Part shown: positions 50,902 to 59,609 of the stretch, piece after piece
Layout: every line of letters starts with the position of its first letter
How positions within the stretch are numbered: the first letter of the stretch is position 1
Assembly (NCBI GenBank): GCA_003602575.1
Contig: QQRY01000021.1
Coordinates: 1 to 59,903, forward strand
Source: Candidatus Poseidoniales archaeon
GTDB taxonomy: Archaea; Thermoplasmatota; Poseidoniia; Poseidoniales; Poseidoniaceae
Direction: 5' to 3'
DNA: 59,903 nucleotides
The notes under the pieces: model-generated
Told to the model about the DNA's origin: nothing
What the model saw: the letters and a program-made list of their open reading frames with translations, nothing else
The model's database searches: none
Program-made: the position numbers and the translations under genes

Positions 50902-53109
50902 TCATTCTTGTTCAGAAGTTTCAGCATCTGTGATGCCGTACTTATCTGATGAATGGTAATATTCTGAAAGACCTGGCACAGATGCTAGAAGATCAGAATA
51001 ACTTGCCAAATGATTTTGGCTATTTCCTGCTTTCAATCCATAACCCTTCGAAGTAACAGAAGATAGAATCTCTCCACCACATTGGTTCATAGGAATATCA
51101 GCAACTTGGTGAGTCACTGTATTGTAACATCCTGTGTAATTTTGACCTCCCATAGGATAATTGTCAACCCACATTTCATCGTTCCAACTCAACATTGCAT
51201 TCAAAATTGCATTACGTGTGTGGATATCTAACTTTTCAGGGTTATACATTACAGGGTGGCTTGGAGATTGTCCAAATGATGGTAGTTGGACATATTGGTC
51301 CATTGGAAGACACCAAGCTTCATTCTCAGAAGCATTATCATCGCCACAGTATTTTTCAACTGTACTGAAATCGTCTCCCTTAGCAAAAGCAACATCTCCA
51401 TATCCTTCACTCAAACACTCAATAGCACCACTATATCCCGAATATAGGGCTCCAGAATCAGGAATTGATGCTGGATTTCCATTACTTGCCGAGCCATCGA
51501 AATGGTTGTCAATAGTCGTTCTAAGTGAGTTTACATCTGTATTATCTCCTAGAGGAGTAACATATCCGTTCTTAATTAGATACCCCATTGGCATCAACAT
51601 TCCAGCAGATTTTAGCCATCCGGTGTGACAAGAGGTCTTTCCTGCCATTAATGCGAACGGATCTGTTGAGTCATCTCCATCCAAGTGAGCATTAGCGATA
51701 TCTGAACCGTTTAGAACCCATGCTGAAGCATTGTAGTGTGTCGCTCCTTCTGCGGTTGTGGTTTCAACAGCTAATACAGAAAGTCCGTATTGTTTCCATC
51801 CAATCCATGCTGGTCCACCTTCCATGAATCCAATATCTGCATTTCCAAATCTCAATGCTTGGATAATCATTCCTTCGGATGAAACATCATACAAGTTAAC
51901 ATTCACTCCAAGGTCTGATGCAAGTCTATCAGCCATTCCTTGAGCATCAGCATTTGCACTTGCGTCATCTGCTAAATAATATGCAACATTAATCGTAGAT
52001 TTTACTGCAGCAGTTTCTGAACCATTTGTGAAAGCATTTCCATACTTACTGGAAATACCTGGGATGTTTTGAAGCGCTGCTCCATATGTTCCCAAATGTG
52101 TTTCAGCATCGGTAACAATCATAGCATCAGTACCTAGAACATTGTTTAAAATTTCTAGGCCATTGGTATCATCTTTCATTGCTACAAGTGCATCTTGAAT
52201 CAAGGTCACTTTGTCTGCTGCGAGGACATCACTGTTATACATGACAGAGTGACTAGGAGATGATCCAAATTTCGGTAAAGCAACATATTGACTCATATCC
52301 AAACACCATGCTTGATTCAAGGTTGCATCCTCATTATCACAATATGAAGCAACTGTCGAATCCTTAGCAAACGCTACATCTCCATATCCAGTACTCAAAC
52401 ATTCAACGGCTCCACTATATCCTGAGTACAATGCGCCACTTTCTGGAATAGATGCTGGATTTCCAGCACCTGTACTTCCATCAAAGTAGTAATTAATTGT
52501 AGTTCGTAAAGTTTCAGTATCAGACATGTCTCCTTGAACATTGACATATCCGTTACCAATCATGTAACCCATAGGCATCAACATTCCTGCTGATTTTAGC
52601 CATCCAGTGTGACAAGATGTTTTTCCAGCAAGTAGAGTGAAAGGATCGGTTGAATCATCATTGTCTAGATGAGCTGTTGCCATTTCTGAATCTGCTTTGA
52701 CCCAAGCATGTGCATCATAATAGGCACGCCCATCGCTTTTTGTGTCAGCAGCCATAACGTCTAGATCATATGCATTCCAGCCAACCCAAGCAGGTCCACC
52801 ATCAATATTCATTGCAATATCTGCGTTTCCAAATCTAAGTGCTTCCATAGCGATTCCTGAACTTCCAACATCATATAATGAAACATCCATATCTAACTTA
52901 TCACAGAGATAATCTGCAATCTGTTGAGGATTTGATAGATCTGTATCTGTCAAATCTTCTTTTATTTCATATGCTATTTTTAATTCATCTCCGCTACAAT
53001 TATCTGTAGAAGATGTAGAATCATCATCACTACCAATACAACCTGCCATAGCAGTAGTCACCATTAGTAGTATCATTAGGCTCGATTTCGCAATTTTTGT
53101 TTCCAACAT
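50902..53109 (-). CDS. bilobed transferrin-like (PhnD-fold) substrate-binding lipoprotein
   Basis: Lipobox AMAGC; two lobes about 328 aa apart, each with GKTSCHTGWLKSAG, YSGYSGAxECL..GYGDVAFAK and SPSH; ATG 53109 follows a GAGTGA RBS. Confidence 0.85.
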   Translation of the reverse strand: MLETKIAKSSLMILLMVTTAMAGCIGSDDDSTSSTDNCSGDELKIAYEIKEDLTDTDLSNPQQIADYLCDKLDMDVSLYDVGSSGIAMEALRFGNADIAMNIDGGPAWVGWNAYDLDVMAADTKSDGRAYYDAHAWVKADSEMATAHLDNDDSTDPFTLLAGKTSCHTGWLKSAGMLMPMGYMIGNGYVNVQGDMSDTETLRTTINYYFDGSTGAGNPASIPESGALYSGYSGAVECLSTGYGDVAFAKDSTVASYCDNEDATLNQAWCLDMSQYVALPKFGSSPSHSVMYNSDVLAADKVTLIQDALVAMKDDTNGLEILNNVLGTDAMIVTDAETHLGTYGAALQNIPGISSKYGNAFTNGSETAAVKSTINVAYYLADDASANADAQGMADRLASDLGVNVNLYDVSSEGMIIQALRFGNADIGFMEGGPAWIGWKQYGLSVLAVETTTAEGATHYNASAWVLNGSDIANAHLDGDDSTDPFALMAGKTSCHTGWLKSAGMLMPMGYLIKNGYVTPLGDNTDVNSLRTTIDNHFDGSASNGNPASIPDSGALYSGYSGAIECLSEGYGDVAFAKGDDFSTVEKYCGDDNASENEAWCLPMDQYVQLPSFGQSPSHPVMYNPEKLDIHTRNAILNAMLSWNDEMWVDNYPMGGQNYTGCYNTVTHQVADIPMNQCGGEILSSVTSKGYGLKAGNSQNHLASYSDLLASVPGLSEYYHSSDKYGITDAETSEQE

Positions 53110-53120
53110 TTTTATCACTC

Positions 53121-53138
53121 TTTTAGGGAGGCCGAAAA
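53121..53138. promoter_or_regulatory. palindromic operator A, TTTTAGG-N4-CCGAAAA (DtxR/SirR-like)
   Basis: Inverted repeat with one mismatch, at the expected transcription start of the transferrin-like gene. Confidence 0.6.
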
Positions 53139-53155
53139 GTAACTCATATATATTA

Positions 53156-53171
53156 TTTAGGTTTCCCTAAA
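53156..53171. promoter_or_regulatory. palindromic operator B, TTTAGG-TTTC-CCTAAA (DtxR/SirR-like)
   Basis: Perfect 6-4-6 inverted repeat directly upstream of a TATA-like TAATATATATG on the minus strand. Confidence 0.7.
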
Positions 53172-53190
53172 AAAGCAAAATAGTCGACTT

Positions 53191-54111
53191 TCACTCTACT
53201 TTGACTTGACTTATGCCTTTTACAATCTGATTTAGATACCGAACTTCTATTTCTAAATTACAAGCCGAACTACAAATATCATGACCGTTTTCATAAACAG
53301 AAATTATCTCATCATGATTCCAAACGCTTTCATTATCTGATGAGATAAAACAGTGCGCTTCCTTTGTCAAATTTTCATTACTTATTGCTGAAATATCGAT
53401 ATCTCCAATAGAGGAAATTATGAAAGAAATAAACCTTGAATCATCATCGGAATTATAGTAACTTAGAAATTGAATCTTGTAAAATATGTTACTATCATTA
53501 ACGATGTAAGTAATTTCCTTTGGGATTACTCGATGAACTGAAATATCATAATCATACCATTCTAACCTAGAATCTGAGGTTTCGGTAGGTTCTCCTTCAG
53601 GAATTGAATCCACGTTTTGAAACTCTTCCTCAGTAGTATATCCCAAAACATTCTCCCCAAGTATGATGTCTGTCTTTGAAAAACTAATACTATAATTACT
53701 ATCATTGGTCTGTTGCATATCTGAGAAACTTAAGAGAATAAAATCATCTGAATCTGAATTAACTTCAATGGTAAAGCTATTTCCGTCTGAATTAAGTTTG
53801 GTTTGAATTAGCCCATTATGGGAAATGCTAGAGGTTAGCCCACTCTTTGTACAATCATAGCGATTATTGTCACCTATGAGAGTCATTGTTAATTTAGACC
53901 AGTCAAGATTATCTTCACCAGAAGAAAAGGAAAATTGCAATAATGGATCATTGGATTGGTTTGAAACATTACTATTGTAATCCTCTACCAGAATTTCATT
54001 CTCTGTAGTTAATTCTGCTGAATAAGATGTAACAAGAAAATACCATCCCACTGCCCCGATTACTAAAACAATTAGAACTCCGGCCAAAAGTCGCTTTAAC
54101 CAATTTGACAT
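53191..54111 (-). CDS. membrane-anchored protein with HmuY-like heme-binding domain
   Basis: N-terminal TM; EWYDYDISVHRVIPKEITYIV...YKIQFLSYY...SRFISF resembles the HmuY C-terminal motif; start refined to MSNWL. Confidence 0.65.
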   Translation of the reverse strand: MSNWLKRLLAGVLIVLVIGAVGWYFLVTSYSAELTTENEILVEDYNSNVSNQSNDPLLQFSFSSGEDNLDWSKLTMTLIGDNNRYDCTKSGLTSSISHNGLIQTKLNSDGNSFTIEVNSDSDDFILLSFSDMQQTNDSNYSISFSKTDIILGENVLGYTTEEEFQNVDSIPEGEPTETSDSRLEWYDYDISVHRVIPKEITYIVNDSNIFYKIQFLSYYNSDDDSRFISFIISSIGDIDISAISNENLTKEAHCFISSDNESVWNHDEIISVYENGHDICSSACNLEIEVRYLNQIVKGISQVKVE

Positions 54112-54140
54112 GGTGTTCGCTCCCTTCAATCAAGTATAAA

Positions 54141-54156
54141 CTTTGGTTGCCCTAAA
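54141..54156. promoter_or_regulatory. palindromic operator C (minus strand TTTAGG-GCAA-CCAAAG) abutting a TTTATA box
   Basis: Same motif and position relative to the TATA element as operator B; TATA about 24 nt upstream of ATG 54111. Confidence 0.6.
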
Positions 54157-54160
54157 CTAT

Positions 54161-54682
54161 TCAATTAGTTTCAATACTGCGTGTGTTTACAAAGTAACGA
54201 ACATATATCATACCTAAGAAACCAATGAAAAGGATTGTAATTGAACCCATAGCATACATATCAGCGCCATTCCAAGAATCTATATCAAATAATGTTCCAT
54301 CACCTTTTGTTGAAACATACCAAACCAGATATGCTGAAATTGTTGACATTATCCCAACCATTGCCATAATTATGTACTTTACATGTTTTGGCAATGATTT
54401 TCCTGTTGCATAATAATCGAACATCTTCTTTCCAAAGAATTTGTTCGAGAGAGACCATCTAAACAATTTTTCATTTGATAAGGAAAACAAAAAGGCAGCC
54501 GGAACTGCCCAAGATACTGTTGGCCAACCTGGAACGAATATTCCAACAAGTGCAAAAAAAGTAAATAGAGAACCGAGCGATTGGTAAATGATACTCTTTA
54601 CCCTGTTACTAGAAATACAATACTTTTCGACTACTGAATCAATAGTCAAAAGTCGTTCGTCCATGAGCGTCGGTTTAACCAT
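54161..54682 (-). CDS. YbaN/DUF454 family membrane protein
   Basis: LVGIFVPGWPT..AAFLF..S..KLFRWSLSNKFFG..G.SLP..VK pattern. Confidence 0.75.
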   Translation of the reverse strand: MVKPTLMDERLLTIDSVVEKYCISSNRVKSIIYQSLGSLFTFFALVGIFVPGWPTVSWAVPAAFLFSLSNEKLFRWSLSNKFFGKKMFDYYATGKSLPKHVKYIIMAMVGIMSTISAYLVWYVSTKGDGTLFDIDSWNGADMYAMGSITILFIGFLGMIYVRYFVNTRSIETN

Positions 54683-54723
54683 TCATTATCAATAATGTGC
54701 ATGATAAAATAATACAATAATAA

Positions 54724-55635
54724 TTATTTTGAGGAAATCCACTGTGAGACAAGGCTTTCTGCAAAACGATCTTGTTGAATACCTGTGTGGCTTATCGGCC
54801 TCACTACGACCAACATGTCAATTTCTCCACCCCATGTTCCGGATGCCGCACAAAGTACTTCTCCGACCTTAAATCCGTCAACATCAGAACTTAGGGTTAA
54901 ACTTCTTAATTCATAGAGGCGAATATCCAACTTATACTCCGAACCTGAATCAGAATCCACATATTTGTGTTTGTCAGCTGAAATTATTTCTATCAATTTC
55001 ATTTCATCTGCATCCAAATTTAAAACAATCTGTTCATCTAATAATTCAACTGCCTGTTTTAATCTAGACTGTTCCATATTGAAAATATCAGCTAGGTCAA
55101 GAGAAGTTGAGGCTGAGCCAAATTGGCTAAACTGGTGAGGTATTCGTAATTTCATAGATTGAACCACTTCCACATTTAATCCACCATCAGAGGGTAACAT
55201 AACCCATGTATATTGACTTCCTGAAGGATAAAATGGAGCATTTGGATTTTCTTTGAGTAATGGCTCACCCCATTCATCGGGGGATATTGGTTGTGAAGCC
55301 GGAATCAAACCACCGGCAAATAAGATCATACATAGCGACATCAAAACATAGATTCTCTTCCTACTGAACTCTTTCCATGAATATCTACCGGCTGGGCTCA
55401 ACAAAGAAATTAACAGAACTATTGGAAGTATAATGAAAAGGCCCCAAGGAACTATCCACAATAAAACAATACATATCAATAATGTTTCAATTCCATATTC
55501 TCCAATAATATCATTTCTATCAAAATCTCGACCTTCAGATTCTGTTTTCTTCTTTTGATACAGTGTAAGTCCTATAATTAGAGCAAAAAGCGTGAGTGTT
55601 GTAATTACCCCACCAAACATTTCGACCCTCGCCAC
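54724..55635 (-). CDS. hypothetical membrane protein with soluble C-terminal domain
   Basis: 303-aa ORF with about 4 N-terminal TM segments. Confidence 0.55.
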   Translation of the reverse strand: MARVEMFGGVITTLTLFALIIGLTLYQKKKTESEGRDFDRNDIIGEYGIETLLICIVLLWIVPWGLFIILPIVLLISLLSPAGRYSWKEFSRKRIYVLMSLCMILFAGGLIPASQPISPDEWGEPLLKENPNAPFYPSGSQYTWVMLPSDGGLNVEVVQSMKLRIPHQFSQFGSASTSLDLADIFNMEQSRLKQAVELLDEQIVLNLDADEMKLIEIISADKHKYVDSDSGSEYKLDIRLYELRSLTLSSDVDGFKVGEVLCAASGTWGGEIDMLVVVRPISHTGIQQDRFAESLVSQWISSK

Positions 55636-55719
55636 TGGACATCTGTCCTATTGAAAGAGGCTTTCGTAATATATAGGGTTGAACGGTAGATTGTCAAATG
55701 ATAACTTCAAGGCCAAACC

Positions 55720-56748
55720 ATGTCGGAAGTAGTGCTAGAGATGAAGGATGCCGCTTTTAGGCATCTGATTTCTTCACGGAGTTTGACTAACCCCTTTGGG
55801 AAAAAACAAGGCTCAGGCATATTTTCAATCAATCTTAAAATTAGAAAAGGACAGATATTAGGCCTTGTTGGACCTAATGGCGCTGGAAAGACAACTTTGA
55901 TGAGAATTCTTGCTGGTATTTTTCCGATTCAGAAAGGCAAGATAATGTATAGAGATTCCGAGATGAAGGAGTTTTCAGCAATCTCCGACTTTGAACTACG
56001 TTCTGTGGTCGGCCATATGCCTGAACAAGTCCGTTGGCAAGGCAAGGTCTCTGTAAAAAGAACATTAGAAGACATTGCTGAAATGCGCGGAGTGTCTTAT
56101 CGAGTCGATGGAATTCTCATGATGGTTGGTTTGTCTGAAATGAAAGATACGCCACTCGACCAACTTAGCCAAGGAATGAGGCAGCGATTATCTCTAGCTA
56201 CTGCATTGCTTGGTTCGCCTAAAATTCTATTGCTTGATGAACCTTTTAATGGATTAGATCCTGTTGCAATTAGAGCATTTGAGAAACTATTACACAAACT
56301 TACAGAAAAGGGTGTTTCGATAATTATTTCTTCCCATAGAGTCGCTGGAATGGTACACATCGTTGACCGATTGGCGCTAATTCATCGAGGGCAGTTGCTA
56401 ATCGAGGGAACACTGAAGGACATCGAAAATGAATATGAATTAGACAACAGAATCGAAATTCAAGGGTCCGGAAAAATTCCTGAATTTGAAAGCATTTTAA
56501 CTGATTCAGCATCTCTTTTAGATACTCAAACTTCAGAAGATGGGTGGTTAGCAGTCATAAGAAATCAAGATAGAAATTTATTAAAAAAATTAATCGAATC
56601 AAATGCAGAAATAACCACTTGGAAATCTAAAGATACTGATATTGTTGAGATGCTATGTGCAGCGACTGGACAAAACTTAGATGAAATCGGATTTGGAGTA
56701 ATTTCCTCAACAATGATTCCTTACAAGAGCCGGGGTGAAGAAGAATGA
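55720..56748 (+). CDS. ABC-2 type exporter ATP-binding protein
   Basis: GPNGAGKTT, LSQGMRQR, LLLDEPFNGLDP, ISSH. Confidence 0.9.
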   Translation: MSEVVLEMKDAAFRHLISSRSLTNPFGKKQGSGIFSINLKIRKGQILGLVGPNGAGKTTLMRILAGIFPIQKGKIMYRDSEMKEFSAISDFELRSVVGHMPEQVRWQGKVSVKRTLEDIAEMRGVSYRVDGILMMVGLSEMKDTPLDQLSQGMRQRLSLATALLGSPKILLLDEPFNGLDPVAIRAFEKLLHKLTEKGVSIIISSHRVAGMVHIVDRLALIHRGQLLIEGTLKDIENEYELDNRIEIQGSGKIPEFESILTDSASLLDTQTSEDGWLAVIRNQDRNLLKKLIESNAEITTWKSKDTDIVEMLCAATGQNLDEIGFGVISSTMIPYKSRGEEE

Positions 56749-57575
56749 ATGACTTCGAGAAATTAAGAAGCGTCATTTTGAGGCAAATTTCAAGCAGGCT
56801 ATTCTCTGTAAGAATGGCAATAATGTTGCCGATATTGATTCTTTTTATTCCTGGGATGGCTTGGGGGTTTTCAGACCCAGACATCATGCTACCTGGGGGG
56901 ATTACTCCCTCTTCAGCGACCGAAGTGATGTTCTACACAAGTTTGGGTATTGTATTTGGAGCAACTATGTGCGCAGTTCTGTTATCTTTTGATGGCGTAA
57001 GCAGAGACAGGGCAAGTGGAGTTTTAGAAATAAAACTCTCTCAACCAATGGCGCGTTCTCATCAATCAATAGCTCTCGTCATGGGACATTGGTTGGCGAT
57101 ATTAATTCCAATTTGGATTCTATGGGGCATCTCATTTTTGATAGTTAAGTATCGCATCGGTGATTGGCCGAGTTTTGCCGACTTATTGGCATCATTTATC
57201 TCGGTTGCATTAATACTACTTTGGTATGTCCTTTTCTCACTTATAGCCTCTTCACACGCTAGGGAGCAGGGAACGTCGATAGCATTCGGAGTTGGAGTTT
57301 GGTTCCTGTTCACTTTCCTTTGGGCTCTAGTAACTACCATGGTAGCATTTGCATCTGGTGTATCAATTGGAGAAGAGAATGACCCTAAATGGATAGACTT
57401 AGAGGGTGTTTTAGATCTATTTTCCCCAAATGGAGTATTCCATCATTTACTTGAAACACGTTTGGATGATGTTGATAGGGGAGTTTCTCCAATTACTACA
57501 TGGATTGTAGCAATCATTTGGTCGGTTTTACCTTGGTATTGGTTCACATCTAGGATGAAGACAATACAGCCATAA
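56745..57575 (+). CDS. ABC-2 type (NosY-like) permease
   Basis: SFDGVSRDRASGVLEIKLSQPMAR, about 6 TM; ATGA overlap with the ATPase gene. Confidence 0.82.
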   Translation: MNDFEKLRSVILRQISSRLFSVRMAIMLPILILFIPGMAWGFSDPDIMLPGGITPSSATEVMFYTSLGIVFGATMCAVLLSFDGVSRDRASGVLEIKLSQPMARSHQSIALVMGHWLAILIPIWILWGISFLIVKYRIGDWPSFADLLASFISVALILLWYVLFSLIASSHAREQGTSIAFGVGVWFLFTFLWALVTTMVAFASGVSIGEENDPKWIDLEGVLDLFSPNGVFHHLLETRLDDVDRGVSPITTWIVAIIWSVLPWYWFTSRMKTIQP

Positions 57576-57635
57576 TCTAAAAATTACGCTACATAAGGCC
57601 GAAGAGTATTAGACAAACGATGATTAGGCGACGAT

Positions 57636-59579
57636 ATGGCAGGAAATCGTTTCGCTGTGCATTCGACCGCAATTGGACTAATCATTTTGATGATTATGAT
57701 GACTCTTACTCCGCTTGCAGAAGAATACCAATTAGATGAAAAGGAAATTTTAGAAGCAAGTGGAAGACAACTGGATGACATCGATTGTTCAGGATACACA
57801 TTTGAAGATCTATTCGACTACAACTATGCTTTATTCGACATAGGTATTGGAGATGATTGGGCTACTTCAAGTATGTCTGCTACAGCATATGTCAATGGTA
57901 GCAACTCTGCAACAGTAAGAGAAAACCTGGACGGGCTTTTTGATGGAGCGCCAGGTGGAAACAACTCTTGGATTAGTACCGATGAGAGAGAAGCGGTAAG
58001 AGAAATCGGTCCAAAATGTATTGTTGACATGGACACACGTCTCGGACTTCGCGAAGGTATTGCTCACCGTGGAGGAGTTGATTGGAATGACTTTGAATTT
58101 GTCGAAGAGGGAATTGCTCTTGATGAAGTTGACCTAGTTCCAGAAGGCCACTCACAAGAACGCAATTGTCAAAATCTACTAGCATCAAATAACTGTACTG
58201 AAGTCCCTGTGAGTGTTACAGACGACCTACAAATATCACTATTTGTTGCAAATGGTGAAAGTAATAACATGAGATTTGACCAATTGCCAAACCAAGGAAA
58301 TTCCAACTTCACTCTCGCTCTAAATGTAACAAATATGACTAATGCAGAACTAATGTTGACATTCCCTGTATTACAAGGTCTCAGAATTACAAATTTCAGT
58401 ATGCGTGATGATGGTGTTGAAATAAACTCATACCAACCTGAAGAAATCTATCTCCCTGATGGTCGCCTAAGAATAAGTCAACAGGTAGATTACGATAAAT
58501 CACTTTGGCCTACAGGAAGAAATCTTTTCATTGATTTCACAACTGCAGCACCTGAATCTAATGATATTCCAGAATGGACTGGAGCTGCCCCTAGCGATAA
58601 TACAATAATTCCAATAATGAATGGTGGAGAATACTCTACTGTTTCCGGGGACGTAATTAGTACATGGGCTAGTGACACAAATGGTTGGAATCTAGAGTGT
58701 ACATTTGCAGAAATGGGTTGGTCTTCAAGACAAAACCAAGATGGAGACCTTTTGGTGACCTCACCATCAGGAACATCTACTTCTACCGCTGAATGTTCTA
58801 TTCGAGACCCATTTGGTGCAGAGAATAATGACACACTAACCTTTACTTTTGGACAACCATTTACCGCTACAGGTGAAATTACAGATGGTGAAAATATTGA
58901 CTTTACTGTGACACCTACAGGACTTATCAGCGAACTTAGCATTGCAGCACATGCTCATCAAATGCAAACCATGGGTGCAATGAGATCTGTATCACTTACC
59001 AATGCCCCAATGACAATATCCTTACCTATGGATGGACTTAGACCAGGTAGTGTAATGGTCATGGGTAATGCTCAAAATAGTAACATGCTGAACTTTGAAT
59101 TCATGCTAGACTTTGGGCTTGAGAAGGTGAGTTTACCTCCGGTTCTAGAAATTAAAGTTAATTTTGAAGGTAAAAATGGTACTTGGGATGCAAGTGGATT
59201 GAAGTTTACACTAAAGGGCGAGGTTATCGACCCTGATGGTGAAGCAGTAACACTCTCTTTGACCCTATGTGGTTCTCAGGCAACTGACTTTACTAAAGTT
59301 GGAAAGAATTGGGAAATTGATGTCTCAATAGCCACTTGTGTTCAACAAGGAATCACTGAATACGATGTATCCATATCAGCAACTGATGAGTCAGGTGTTG
59401 TAAGTACTCTTAGTGTGAATGTGAAAGACCCATATGCAAATGATGACACTTCCTCAGAAACAAATGATGATGGCGACATTGAAAGTTCTGAGAGTTCAGG
59501 GCTGCCAAGTATATCATTTATGGCAACCTTGGCAGTCACTCTACTTGGCGCTGCATACGCAAGTAGAAGGAAACAATAA
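57636..59579 (+). CDS. large secreted acidic surface protein with C-terminal sorting signal
   Basis: Signal peptide, beta-rich Ig-like segments, many N-x-S/T sequons, Ser/Asp linker, GLPSISF + TM + RRK. Confidence 0.7.
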   Translation: MAGNRFAVHSTAIGLIILMIMMTLTPLAEEYQLDEKEILEASGRQLDDIDCSGYTFEDLFDYNYALFDIGIGDDWATSSMSATAYVNGSNSATVRENLDGLFDGAPGGNNSWISTDEREAVREIGPKCIVDMDTRLGLREGIAHRGGVDWNDFEFVEEGIALDEVDLVPEGHSQERNCQNLLASNNCTEVPVSVTDDLQISLFVANGESNNMRFDQLPNQGNSNFTLALNVTNMTNAELMLTFPVLQGLRITNFSMRDDGVEINSYQPEEIYLPDGRLRISQQVDYDKSLWPTGRNLFIDFTTAAPESNDIPEWTGAAPSDNTIIPIMNGGEYSTVSGDVISTWASDTNGWNLECTFAEMGWSSRQNQDGDLLVTSPSGTSTSTAECSIRDPFGAENNDTLTFTFGQPFTATGEITDGENIDFTVTPTGLISELSIAAHAHQMQTMGAMRSVSLTNAPMTISLPMDGLRPGSVMVMGNAQNSNMLNFEFMLDFGLEKVSLPPVLEIKVNFEGKNGTWDASGLKFTLKGEVIDPDGEAVTLSLTLCGSQATDFTKVGKNWEIDVSIATCVQQGITEYDVSISATDESGVVSTLSVNVKDPYANDDTSSETNDDGDIESSESSGLPSISFMATLAVTLLGAAYASRRKQ

Positions 59580-59609
59580 TCAGTTCAAACACAATAAGAA
59601 GTGATTACT

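Noticed and set aside
50814-50927. Extended ATPase N-terminus overlapping the binding-protein gene
   Set aside because: An RBS-preceded ATG at 50813 gives a normal-length ATPase
50902-53109. Plain phosphonate-binding PhnD call
   Set aside because: The neighbours are PhnC/PhnE-like, but the protein carries transferrin iron-ligand motifs twice, and no phosphonate catabolism genes are in the window
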